This document shows, piece by piece, positions 55,132 to 64,000 of a stretch of DNA of 64,000 bases (within the stretch, counting starts at the first letter, position 1; each line of letters begins with the position of its first letter). Under the pieces are notes generated by a model, which saw only the letters and a list, made by a program, of their open reading frames with translations, ran no database searches and was not told the DNA's origin. The position numbers and the translations under genes are program-made. The stretch is taken from the IMG/VR virus record IMGVR_UViG_3300042923_000474, positions 62,001 to 126,000 of that record. One strand, given 5' to 3'.

Positions 55132-56145
55132 ATGCGTACTACCCTAGCTCCTACCACGTTGAGCATCGGCTCAACGGACAAGGTTCTTGAGAAGAGTGCT
55201 TCTGAAGTTACCAGCGCTGCAGACAACACGTCCATCAAGGACATGCTGGTTGGTTTAAAGGATGAAACGGTTGATGCCCTGCGTAAGACACCCAAGCTTG
55301 CCTCGCAGCTCACCAAGCTCGTTGTAGACGCCAAGACAGGCAAGCTCAATGCAACCAATGCGTTGTCTCGTCTGAGTTCGGTGTTTGGCAACAAAGGTGG
55401 CATCATTGACAAGCTGTCGACTAAGACAGTCTCTCTGATGTCTGACACACTCGGGATGGACCCCAAACTGTCCAAGCGTGTCATGATGACGGTCAAGGAT
55501 GTGGCCACAGGTCGCAACACCAGCATCCTTGGTTACTCTGCCAACGTGTCGTCTTCTCAGGGGCTGGTAAACACCATACAGCGTCTGCTGGGCGACAAAG
55601 ATGTAATCGGCTACGTTGACCTCGATGCTGAGGCTTCGTTGCTCTCAGGCCTGCTCAAGGAAGCTGTGAAGGCAGGTATCCCTCAATCGGTTGACATCCT
55701 GCTCAAGGAAGCCACGAGCGAGGAAACAAAAAGAAGAGTCATCAGTGAAAACGTCTACGCAGTTGTGTTCAGCGGTAACCTGAACACAGTAGAGAAATTG
55801 ACCACGCACATGACACCTGAACAAATCAGGGCGCAGTACCCACACTTTGCCAGGGATTTCTTGGCACAATTCGCTCTCACCCCAGCAGACACTGTGGCCG
55901 AGTATGCGAACATCAAAACCCGAATCATCACTCTGTTCAACCAGATTGATGTCCATTGGGATAAGTCCTTGCGTGACGGGGCTTGGGTTCCTGCACTTGC
56001 TCCTTTCAGCAAGGCATCTGAAGACGCTACGATCATCTTCAATACGTCCCCAGCGTATCGTAGTGCTTTGGTCCTGGCCAAGAACTTCCCCTCCATTGAG
56101 ATCAAATCCTGGATCAAAAAGCACTACGCCTTTTTCCCCGGTTAA
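55132..56145 (+). CDS. Putative virion structural protein (337 aa)
   Basis: Long ORF in the tail gene neighbourhood. Confidence 0.6.
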   Translation: MRTTLAPTTLSIGSTDKVLEKSASEVTSAADNTSIKDMLVGLKDETVDALRKTPKLASQLTKLVVDAKTGKLNATNALSRLSSVFGNKGGIIDKLSTKTVSLMSDTLGMDPKLSKRVMMTVKDVATGRNTSILGYSANVSSSQGLVNTIQRLLGDKDVIGYVDLDAEASLLSGLLKEAVKAGIPQSVDILLKEATSEETKRRVISENVYAVVFSGNLNTVEKLTTHMTPEQIRAQYPHFARDFLAQFALTPADTVAEYANIKTRIITLFNQIDVHWDKSLRDGAWVPALAPFSKASEDATIIFNTSPAYRSALVLAKNFPSIEIKSWIKKHYAFFPG

Positions 56146-56160
56146 TAAAGGCGAGCCGAC

Positions 56161-56739
56161 ATGGAAGATAAAATCCTGATTGTGCCAATCAGAAAGTTTG
56201 ACCAGTACAGTGTGTCCTTCAATCAGGAGTTCACGAAAGCGTTGGGCAAACAGCATTGGCTCACTAACGAAAACTACGTCTACTACTTGGGAGAGAAGTA
56301 TTCCAATGAGTGGGTTGTGGTTCCTCGCGGATACGCCACTGATGGCGCCACTGTTCCACCTGCGTTTCAAAGTATCCTGCCTGTGTTTGGCAAACATGGC
56401 TCTGCCGTCATTCTCCATGACTGGCTGTGTGAGTACGGCTTTGTGTGGCATCGCAACCTCATGTCGGGAGAAGTCACAAAACGTGTACTGACCCGTGAGG
56501 AGATCGACAATGTCTTCTTAGAAGCGTTGGCGGTTATCGAGATGGACCCCGGTACCATTCACTGGGTGAAGTTAGGCTTTGCTACCCACCGTGCACTTTC
56601 GCGTCCTAAAGTTCCCAACATGGACCACGCCAAACAACTCCTGGAGTTTAACTACGCGCAATCGAAGGGCTACCACCCTTTCGACGGCAGTTTGTTATAC
56701 GACGTGATTGATCACCCCCCGCTCTGGGCAATCGCATAA
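56161..56739 (+). CDS. DUF1353 family protein
   Basis: VVPRGYATDGATVP...GSAVILHDWLC...TREEIDNVFLEAL. Confidence 0.85.
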   Translation: MEDKILIVPIRKFDQYSVSFNQEFTKALGKQHWLTNENYVYYLGEKYSNEWVVVPRGYATDGATVPPAFQSILPVFGKHGSAVILHDWLCEYGFVWHRNLMSGEVTKRVLTREEIDNVFLEALAVIEMDPGTIHWVKLGFATHRALSRPKVPNMDHAKQLLEFNYAQSKGYHPFDGSLLYDVIDHPPLWAIA

Positions 56740-56777
56740 AGGTCACTGCCTCTCCCTTGCGGGAGAGGCAGCTATGC
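56734..56777. terminator. Bidirectional hairpin terminator
   Basis: GCATA..CTGCCTCTCCC-TTGC-GGGAGAGGCAG-C-TATGC. Confidence 0.8.
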
Positions 56778-56779
56778 CG

Positions 56780-58912
56780 TCAGTTGTTAGAGACGGTACC
56801 TTTGGTGAAGAGGTTCAACATTCGAACAGGCATCCACCCACCCACCTTGTTCTGGAAGGCAGAGGTTGTTGTCCACGACTCGTAACTGGAGATCATCTTC
56901 GTCATGGCGATCTTAAGCTTCTGCGTGGTGTAGATCTGCTCTTGCAGCGTCAGACCACCGAAGACTGCCATCAACTCGGAATACTTGTTCGAGTCATCCC
57001 ACGTGGTTGGGTCAGTGAGCGTAGCCGCCCCTTGGAAGAAACGGTTTTCACCCACCACAGCGCCAGTAGCACCGTCAGCCATCTTGCCCACAGTCTGCTT
57101 CACACCGCTCCAGAAGCCCGCCTCGGTAGAGATCGGCATGGTAACAATGCTAGACAGGTCCACAATCGAAAACGTCACAGTGACGCCCAGAGGGTCACCG
57201 TCCTGGTTACGACCCATGGTACCCACACCGGTAGTGATGGTGAGGTCACGGATCATGCCCAGTTTGATCGTGTGCCGGCTACGCGAGTAGGCTTCACAGA
57301 TGAACGGAGACGTGTACGACTGCTTACCTGTGGCCAGAGGCAGAACACCAGCGAGCAACATCGAGACCGGAATCCAGATGTTCTTGAAGCGACTGATAGG
57401 GTCACCCGACCAGCTACGCAACTCGATGGTGTACGACGGAGCAGGCAGCGATGCTGCAGCGCTCTGCCATGTCTGCGGAATGTCAACGAAGGCGTTACCC
57501 ATCAGGGCTGTCAGGTTGGACACACCAATCATGTCCAGACCGCCAGCCATCATCCCCTTAACAGCGCCTGCCACCTCATCGATCACGCCGATACCCGTTT
57601 GGAACTGGGCAGCGTTAAACATCACCGAACGAGCCCGAGCAGTCATGCCGTTAGCGTTCTGAGAGATCTCAGATTCACCGACGGTGTTACTGAACGAGGT
57701 GGTGGTAGGGCCTGTGGAATCCACGCGGAAGGTTACGAATTCAGAGCCATCGTTCATCGAGGCCTTTTCGTGTTCTTCCATGGCATCAGTGAAGCTCCAC
57801 TTCGCCATCGTACTCGGGTCGGCAATCTTCTTACCCGTGGAGTCCACCTGTACGTTGGTTTCGTTCTCCACCTTAAAGGAGTTGACCTGCCGCTCCAATG
57901 CCTCGGTTGAGATGTTCTCGAACTGACTGCCCTGCGCATTGAGATAACGACTGACGTAGTCTCGCACGTTACCCACGTTGGTGTCCGTCAGGGCACTTAA
58001 GTAGGCAGCATTGGTCCAGTTACGGAACGCATCGACAAAGGCTCCCTTGGAGGTTGCCTGAATCGCCAGTTCGTTCACCGACTCTTGGAACTTGAGTGCC
58101 AGTCGGTTGTAACGGTTGGCCACACCGAACAAGTCAATACCACCGTCCTTACGGAAGATGTCAGGGAGCTGTTCGTTGTAGTGCTTGATCTCCTCCATCC
58201 GCGCTTGGGCTTCTTCCTTGGTCTCATCGCGGCCACCGACACGGGGAATGATCCCCATGTTGACAGCAATGGAGTTGGCAATGTTGTTAGCTGCCGACCA
58301 GTAGTTGTGCATGGTAGGGTCGAGGTAGTAGAACCGCGACACCGACGAACCCAACAGGAAGCTGATTGCCTTACCCGCAAACATCACAGGAGCGTAGGCA
58401 AAACCTACCACCCAACCGAGTGCCTGACCCATCCGGTAGAACAAGCCAGGACCTTTACCTGTACGCGCAATGACCGAAGCCTCTGGGTCGTAGAAGGTAA
58501 AGAAGAACGAGAGCAGGGAGTTGAACTTGGGGACACCGAAACGCATGGTGATATACTCACCGGTGTCATCGTACATCTCCGAGTAGGCCCTGCCCATACC
58601 CCTCGAAGCAGTTGCCCCCGATCGAATGTCATCCGCCATGTCGTTGGCCGCAATAAGCGGCTTCATGACCGGGTTGTCAATCGAGTAGGAGAACATGGTG
58701 TTCAGGCCAGCGACTGTCATGTCAGCATAAACAGTGAACTGGGGTGGTGGGTTGATGCAGCGTGCACCGCCCAGAGTGGTGTCGGCGAATTTGATACGTG
58801 CGCCAGACTCCAAACGCGCTCGTCTATCGTTACTCGACCTGCCCGCTCGGGCGATCAGAAAGCTGGAGCGCACCCAGCTGTCGTTGCGAATACCCGCAAG
58901 AGCTGTTGCCAT
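56780..58912 (-). CDS. Virion tail/baseplate hub-like protein, phiKZ gp182-like
   Basis: 710 aa, directly downstream of the gp181-like gene; GGARCINPPPQFT block. Confidence 0.6.
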   Translation of the reverse strand: MATALAGIRNDSWVRSSFLIARAGRSSNDRRARLESGARIKFADTTLGGARCINPPPQFTVYADMTVAGLNTMFSYSIDNPVMKPLIAANDMADDIRSGATASRGMGRAYSEMYDDTGEYITMRFGVPKFNSLLSFFFTFYDPEASVIARTGKGPGLFYRMGQALGWVVGFAYAPVMFAGKAISFLLGSSVSRFYYLDPTMHNYWSAANNIANSIAVNMGIIPRVGGRDETKEEAQARMEEIKHYNEQLPDIFRKDGGIDLFGVANRYNRLALKFQESVNELAIQATSKGAFVDAFRNWTNAAYLSALTDTNVGNVRDYVSRYLNAQGSQFENISTEALERQVNSFKVENETNVQVDSTGKKIADPSTMAKWSFTDAMEEHEKASMNDGSEFVTFRVDSTGPTTTSFSNTVGESEISQNANGMTARARSVMFNAAQFQTGIGVIDEVAGAVKGMMAGGLDMIGVSNLTALMGNAFVDIPQTWQSAAASLPAPSYTIELRSWSGDPISRFKNIWIPVSMLLAGVLPLATGKQSYTSPFICEAYSRSRHTIKLGMIRDLTITTGVGTMGRNQDGDPLGVTVTFSIVDLSSIVTMPISTEAGFWSGVKQTVGKMADGATGAVVGENRFFQGAATLTDPTTWDDSNKYSELMAVFGGLTLQEQIYTTQKLKIAMTKMISSYESWTTTSAFQNKVGGWMPVRMLNLFTKGTVSNN

Positions 58913-58941
58913 GGTAGAGTCCTTTAATAAAGGGGGTTAGG

Positions 58942-58980
58942 TCATAAAGTAGACAGGGCGCCCCCGAAGGAGCACCCTGA
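58942..58980 (-). terminator. UUCG hairpin followed by CTACTTTATGA on the minus strand
   Basis: Minus strand CAGGGTGCTCC-TTCG-GGGGCGCCCTG. Confidence 0.6.
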
Positions 58981-58986
58981 CTAAAC

Positions 58987-61900
58987 TCACACGGACGTTG
59001 GAGCTTTGACACTCATTGGACCACCTGCCCCAGTAGCTGGAGCACGTTGACTTTGTGCTGCAATGATCTGCAACAGCTGCACTTGTTGTTGCTGCAACTG
59101 TAGAGACTTCGAACCAATGTCGATCAGCTTGTCAATGCCTGCACCAGAAGTGTTAGCCGCTGATGTAGTATTGGCTGCTGCTTGCGCTGCACGCTGTTCC
59201 GCCTGTACCTGGGCTTGGCTTGGGGATGGAGCAGATGTACCCGGAGCCGAAGCACCCGTGTCGCCACCGCCGCCACCCGAAGAACCGCCACCAGAACTGG
59301 TAGGAGCCAACGAGGTTTTGAGCAACTCTGGAGGAGCGCCCGGTGCTGCTGCAATGTCGGCACCACCCGAGTTAGCATCACGCGCCATGGAGGCCACGGA
59401 TGGTTTACCCTGTTCACCAACTGGACCACCTGTCGTCGGAGCATTGCCAGCAGCCGAGGCATCAGGGTTAGGACCCGTATCCTTAGGCTGACCTGCAACA
59501 GTCTGCTCTGTACTGCTCAGTGGGTTCACACCTTCGCCAGCACGCAACATGCTGTCGTCAACCTTCTCACCCTTGGACTTCATGTAGGAGTACATCAGCG
59601 AACCGAACTTGTTCCGGTTGCCCACCTGCTTAGCAGCCATGAGATCGATGATCTGACGGAACGTACGCGGCTTGGATTTGTCGCCACCCACGTAGAAGAT
59701 CGGTTTGTTATAACCTGCCTCCTTCGGCATGACATCCGCACCGTACTTGTCCAGATTCTTGAGCGCGGTTTTGTAACCACCGGAACCCAAGAAGTGAGCC
59801 ATGTACGCATCCACATCCGTCAGTGGACGGTTGAGAGTACCTTTGAGCGACTCCATGTTGTCCTTCATGTACATTACTGTCATGAGGGCGTTAGCACGTG
59901 GATCGTTCGGGTCGGTACCTTCCTTGATACCAAACTTCGCACCGTGCTTTTTGATCATCGCTTTCCAGGTACCCGTGATGAACTGACCCAGACCAGTCGC
60001 AGAGCCACCCATAGAAGATTTAACCGAGGAGTCAAACCCAGACTCAGTGGCCATGAGGCCAGCAAGTACACCTGGATCTACGCCGGTCATCTTCGCTACA
60101 GCCGCAATCAGCTCTTTGTGAGCGTCAAAACCTTTGCGGGATGTAGGCATTGGCAAGTCATTGACATTGCCGGCACTGCCACCATTCGGGTCAAACGTCA
60201 GACCGACGCCACCACCATTCTGAGCATTGTACTCACCCGGCTTACCACCTACCCCTTGGTTGTAGAGATCCGTCTTGTTCTGGTTGTAGGTATCGGAAAG
60301 GTTGCCGCCCGCGGTACGTTCACCGGAGCTTGGACCTTTGAACATGTTGGTGAACCAGTTGCCGCCTTCCGAAGAAGGAGTAGCGCCCTTATCACCGCCT
60401 GCACCGAAGAAGTTCTTGACGCTATCCACAGCGCCAGAGAAGAAGTCTTTGGTCTTAGACATCAGACCGGACTTCACCTTACCAGACTCACCCGCCACCT
60501 CATCGAGTTGTTGCTTCTCGATGTCTTTGATGAGCGCCTTCATGTTATCCGCCGCAGTCGACGAATCCATGTTAGGTGCATCACCGTAGTACGGAGACAG
60601 GGGGACCTTCCAGATGGCTACAAAGTTGTCTTTGTAGTACGAACCCGCAGAGATCACCGCCTCAGCCAACTTGTATTGCTCAGTTGGTTTGCAGTGAACG
60701 TGAGCCAGCAATGGATCGGTGTTACCCGACACCGCCTTGAGAGCACCCACGTAGGCTTTGTACACGGGCAAGAAGCGATAGTTCAACCAGTCCTTGAAGG
60801 TGTTGAAGCTTTCCGACCCAGGTTGCCCCACGCCGAACTTCGCACCCGCCAGACCAATCAAGTCTTCCAGCGTGCCGGTGTAATCAGCCGAGCCGTCCGA
60901 ACTTGCCCGCATCTTCTGCTGAGCAGCCCACTCCAGATACAGCAAGGCATGAACCTTCTGCACATCCAAAGTGATCAGGCCATACGCACGCATACGGATC
61001 GTACGCAGTGGGTCCAATGGACCTTTAGGCAACAGCGATGTTGGGAACTCATTCGCAGCAGAGCCAGACGTTGGACGCGTACCACCACTCATGGCCAGCG
61101 CACCCGCCATGACAGGCGTCACAGAACCCACTGCCATAACCGCAGCAGCAGAGCCCATGGTTTGCTGGGTGGTCATCACCTTGGACGGTGCAGCGACTTC
61201 AGCCACCACGGCAGCCCCAGCCACACCTGTACCCAATGCAGCAGCCTCAGCCGCCAGTTGCCGCGCCTTGTCGTTCCCACCCTCTGGCAGCGGTAGGTCA
61301 GTCTTGGCGTTGGCTTTACCGAACTTCTCCACAGCAGCGTCAGCCAGTGCTTTGATAGCTGATGGATCGGTGAGCATGTTCATGTCTTCACCGGGAGCCG
61401 AACCAATGGTCCAACCCGCGCTACCCGCCGTCTTCACCAATTCGAGCAAGGTCTTCTTGGTTTCGTCGTTGAGCTTGTCATCCACCTCAGGTAGTTTGGC
61501 AGAAGCATCTACCTTGTTCAGGGCCATGACCCAAGTGTCGAACACCAAACGGAATCGCTTGTCGTACCACTCTTGGAAGCTTCTGAACTTAAGGTCACGT
61601 GGCTTCTCTGGATCGATGTCAAACTCTTTCAGAGCTGCGATTGCATCATCGCCACCTGCGCCCACGTCGATCTTGCCGTCGGTGACTTTGGTGTGTTTGA
61701 GAATCTTCTCCTCAAAGGCCAACATCTTCTTGGCCACATCGCTATCCTTACCATCCCACCCGTACTGAGCCAACCTGAGTCTTTGCAGCGGACGATCTTT
61801 CGATGCGTCGTACCACTTGTACGCAAGCCATGCCACAGTACCCACAGCCATCGCAATACCCACAGCCGCCATAACAGGAGCCGACACAATACCTGCTGCC

Positions 61901-64000
61901 ACAGCGCCTGCACCCAGAGCCCCACGCAATGCCCAACCACCGGCAGTGCGCAGACCCAACCCAATGGCACCCCGAGCACCCAAACCGCTTACAGCACCGC
62001 GTAGGGCACCTACACCGGGGATTCGACTAAGCATGCCACCAAGGCGACCAACACCAGGGATACGGCCCAGTTTGCCACGCAGCCAACGACCAGCTCCCTT
62101 GGTCTTGTTCCAGAGCTTACCCAGTCCTTTCTTACCATGCTCTGCCAAATCAGCAGCATTAGCAGCGTCCTGCAGATCCAACCCACCTTCTTCATCCTCC
62201 TCTTTCTTCTTGCCCCCGAACAAACCTTTGAGCTTATCACCCAAAGCGGCCAGTAGCCCACCGCCAGCAGCGGCCTTACCAGCACCCCCAGCACCCATGG
62301 CCTCACGATCCTTATCCTTCTCGGACTTGGCGTTGCGCTTGGCTAGGATGTCCTGCCAGCTACCTTCCACGACACCGTCACCATCTCGGTCACCGGTCTT
62401 ACGCTTCTTGTTCGCTGGGTTCATCTGGGCGATCTGTTCAAGGATCGCAGTTTGCACCTCAAGTTGAGCCGACAGGATTCCGTTTGCGCCCGAGTCTTCA
62501 CTCAGCCAACGGTTGATCTTGCCACCCAATCCAGACAGGGAACTCAACGCCCAGTTGCCGAAGCCCTTGGCACGTTTCAGTACGCCCTTACCGAAGTTCT
62601 TGAGACCTGTGTAAAGCTTCTTGCCATTTTCCCACGCAGCATTGCCCATCGCTTTAACGCGACTGACTGCCGTGAGCCAGTTGGCCTTGACCTTTTCGCC
62701 GTACTGGTCGACCAAGCCCTTACGCATGTCATCCAATGACAGTACGAGGTTACCCTGCAAGTCCACCACGTCGCCCTTGATGTCGCTGAGCTTGGTGATG
62801 ACCTTGTTAGTGGCCTTGTCGATGTACCCGCCGTTCTGCAACACGAACTTGAGCAGACGAGGTGTGTCCTCACCCGCCACGTAGACGTCGTGCAGCTCGG
62901 TCATCTTGCCCCAGGCCCAGTCTTTAGCAGACTTGAACGCGCCAGTGATCTTGCCGGCCAAATTACCCCAAGCCCCAGATACCCGCTCAAACAGGTTCTT
63001 GCCCAAGTCCTTGACGTTCTTGATACCGGCCATCACAACACGGCGACCCAGTCGGTCATGCAGACCCTTCTTGATGTCGTCGATGGTCAGGACAATGCGA
63101 GTGGTACCGTCGTCCATCAACTCTTCCACTTCCCCGGTGATATCGGAAAGCTTCTTGATGATTTTGCCGGTGACCTTGTCGCGGTACATGCCCAGTTCAA
63201 TCTTGCGGGCTTCCAGTGCAGCGCGTTCCCAACCCTTGACATAGACGTCAACGATCTGACCTTTCCAGTTGTCGGCAAAGGTAGCGAGCTGCCCCATCTT
63301 GTCCTTACCGAAGGACAACGCCTTGCCTGCTGTTTGACGAGCAGAGGTCAGACGATTGCCGACTGCTTTACGGGCTTTACCGAACATGTCACGAGCGCCT
63401 GTGAGCGCGCGCTTGCCACGGTTCTTCCACACGGCACCTTCGGTACCCAGTTGCTTGCCATTCACGATGAACAGATCGTCAGACACCACCACGTTGGCTT
63501 GTTGACGGCCGTCCGTGAGAATGTCCATGATCTCTTCCAACACCAGCGTTTGATAGCCTGAGTTGTAAGTGTCGTTCATGCTTTGCAGCGCTTCAATGAT
63601 CTTGTCCATACGGGACATGTATTCATCGATTGGACCACAGCATGCATCATCGTCGTTCTTAGCCTTGGTGTCTTGCAGAGCCTTGGCCATGGCTTCGCCC
63701 ATCAGGTTGTAATTGATGGTGCCACCGGTTGGGAGCAGGGGTTGCTTACTGCGGTTCTGTTGAGCCAGCAGCTGTTGGTTGGTGAACTGTTGCAACGAGG
63801 TGGACAGATTGTTGATGGCCTTGTTACCAGCACCTTTACCGCCGCCGCCCCACTGACGACCTTTAGGTGAGTAGGCCCGTGGACCGAAGTCCTGACCCGC
63901 CTGCCCTTCACCCAAACGCAGATCATTGATCGCATCAAGGTTCAGTGTAACGTGGCCGTCCTTCTCATTCAGCAGACCAGCAGCAATCAGTTCTTCCTTG
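58987..64000 (-). CDS. Tail tape-measure/lytic transglycosylase, phiKZ gp181-like; 5' end beyond the window
   Basis: VDPGVLAGLMATESGFD, SATGLGQFITGTW, YMAHFLGSGG SLT motifs; frame stays open upstream of TTG 63915 to base 64000. Confidence 0.88.
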   Translation of the reverse strand, partial: KEELIAAGLLNEKDGHVTLNLDAINDLRLGEGQAGQDFGPRAYSPKGRQWGGGGKGAGNKAINNLSTSLQQFTNQQLLAQQNRSKQPLLPTGGTINYNLMGEAMAKALQDTKAKNDDDACCGPIDEYMSRMDKIIEALQSMNDTYNSGYQTLVLEEIMDILTDGRQQANVVVSDDLFIVNGKQLGTEGAVWKNRGKRALTGARDMFGKARKAVGNRLTSARQTAGKALSFGKDKMGQLATFADNWKGQIVDVYVKGWERAALEARKIELGMYRDKVTGKIIKKLSDITGEVEELMDDGTTRIVLTIDDIKKGLHDRLGRRVVMAGIKNVKDLGKNLFERVSGAWGNLAGKITGAFKSAKDWAWGKMTELHDVYVAGEDTPRLLKFVLQNGGYIDKATNKVITKLSDIKGDVVDLQGNLVLSLDDMRKGLVDQYGEKVKANWLTAVSRVKAMGNAAWENGKKLYTGLKNFGKGVLKRAKGFGNWALSSLSGLGGKINRWLSEDSGANGILSAQLEVQTAILEQIAQMNPANKKRKTGDRDGDGVVEGSWQDILAKRNAKSEKDKDREAMGAGGAGKAAAGGGLLAALGDKLKGLFGGKKKEEDEEGGLDLQDAANAADLAEHGKKGLGKLWNKTKGAGRWLRGKLGRIPGVGRLGGMLSRIPGVGALRGAVSGLGARGAIGLGLRTAGGWALRGALGAGAVAAGIVSAPVMAAVGIAMAVGTVAWLAYKWYDASKDRPLQRLRLAQYGWDGKDSDVAKKMLAFEEKILKHTKVTDGKIDVGAGGDDAIAALKEFDIDPEKPRDLKFRSFQEWYDKRFRLVFDTWVMALNKVDASAKLPEVDDKLNDETKKTLLELVKTAGSAGWTIGSAPGEDMNMLTDPSAIKALADAAVEKFGKANAKTDLPLPEGGNDKARQLAAEAAALGTGVAGAAVVAEVAAPSKVMTTQQTMGSAAAVMAVGSVTPVMAGALAMSGGTRPTSGSAANEFPTSLLPKGPLDPLRTIRMRAYGLITLDVQKVHALLYLEWAAQQKMRASSDGSADYTGTLEDLIGLAGAKFGVGQPGSESFNTFKDWLNYRFLPVYKAYVGALKAVSGNTDPLLAHVHCKPTEQYKLAEAVISAGSYYKDNFVAIWKVPLSPYYGDAPNMDSSTAADNMKALIKDIEKQQLDEVAGESGKVKSGLMSKTKDFFSGAVDSVKNFFGAGGDKGATPSSEGGNWFTNMFKGPSSGERTAGGNLSDTYNQNKTDLYNQGVGGKPGEYNAQNGGGVGLTFDPNGGSAGNVNDLPMPTSRKGFDAHKELIAAVAKMTGVDPGVLAGLMATESGFDSSVKSSMGGSATGLGQFITGTWKAMIKKHGAKFGIKEGTDPNDPRANALMTVMYMKDNMESLKGTLNRPLTDVDAYMAHFLGSGGYKTALKNLDKYGADVMPKEAGYNKPIFYVGGDKSKPRTFRQIIDLMAAKQVGNRNKFGSLMYSYMKSKGEKVDDSMLRAGEGVNPLSSTEQTVAGQPKDTGPNPDASAAGNAPTTGGPVGEQGKPSVASMARDANSGGADIAAAPGAPPELLKTSLAPTSSGGGSSGGGGGDTGASAPGTSAPSPSQAQVQAEQRAAQAAANTTSAANTSGAGIDKLIDIGSKSLQLQQQQVQLLQIIAAQSQRAPATGAGGPMSVKAPTSV

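Noticed and set aside
63702-63938. TTG 63915 as the start of the gp181-like gene, and the short overlapping ORF 63702-63938
   Set aside because: The gp181-like frame is open to the window end, so it is truncated; the short ORF is an alternate-frame shadow.
1-64000. Stop-codon reassignment
   Set aside because: TAA, TGA and TAG all end genes, and core genes are unbroken in the standard code.

Overview
A 64 kb segment of a phiKZ-like (nucleus-forming, Chimalliviridae-type) jumbo phage genome in the standard genetic code. The family call rests on recalled gene content and order, not a search. Left (1-24.8 kb): portal and divergent baseplate-like gene, virion proteins, RuvC, an overlapped spanin pair, two repeat-containing tail fibres, three 2OG-Fe(II) dioxygenase-like genes, a large lectin-like virion protein and an endolysin. 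Middle (24.8-38.4 kb): accessory region of small and membrane ORFs with its own promoter and RBS-hairpin motifs. Right (38.4-64 kb): SbcC-like ATPase, spike, Nudix, degenerate RNase H, UvsX, a virion RNAP beta fragment, DUF1353 and a tape-measure/lytic transglycosylase running off the window. Most notable: (1) a minus-strand block (32.2-38.4 kb) whose ORFs carry isolated pieces of conserved machines (two terminase-N-like segments, a terminase-type Walker A, an EF-Tu P-loop peptide) beside a SMI1/KNR4 immunity protein, a candidate anti-defence decoy island; (2) about 14 intergenic hairpins followed by TATGC-type motifs, mostly without U-tracts; (3) four covarying hairpins that sequester the Shine-Dalgarno of early genes. 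No tRNA, CRISPR array, integrase or reverse transcriptase was seen. Several starts were moved from the ORF track to RBS-supported ATGs.
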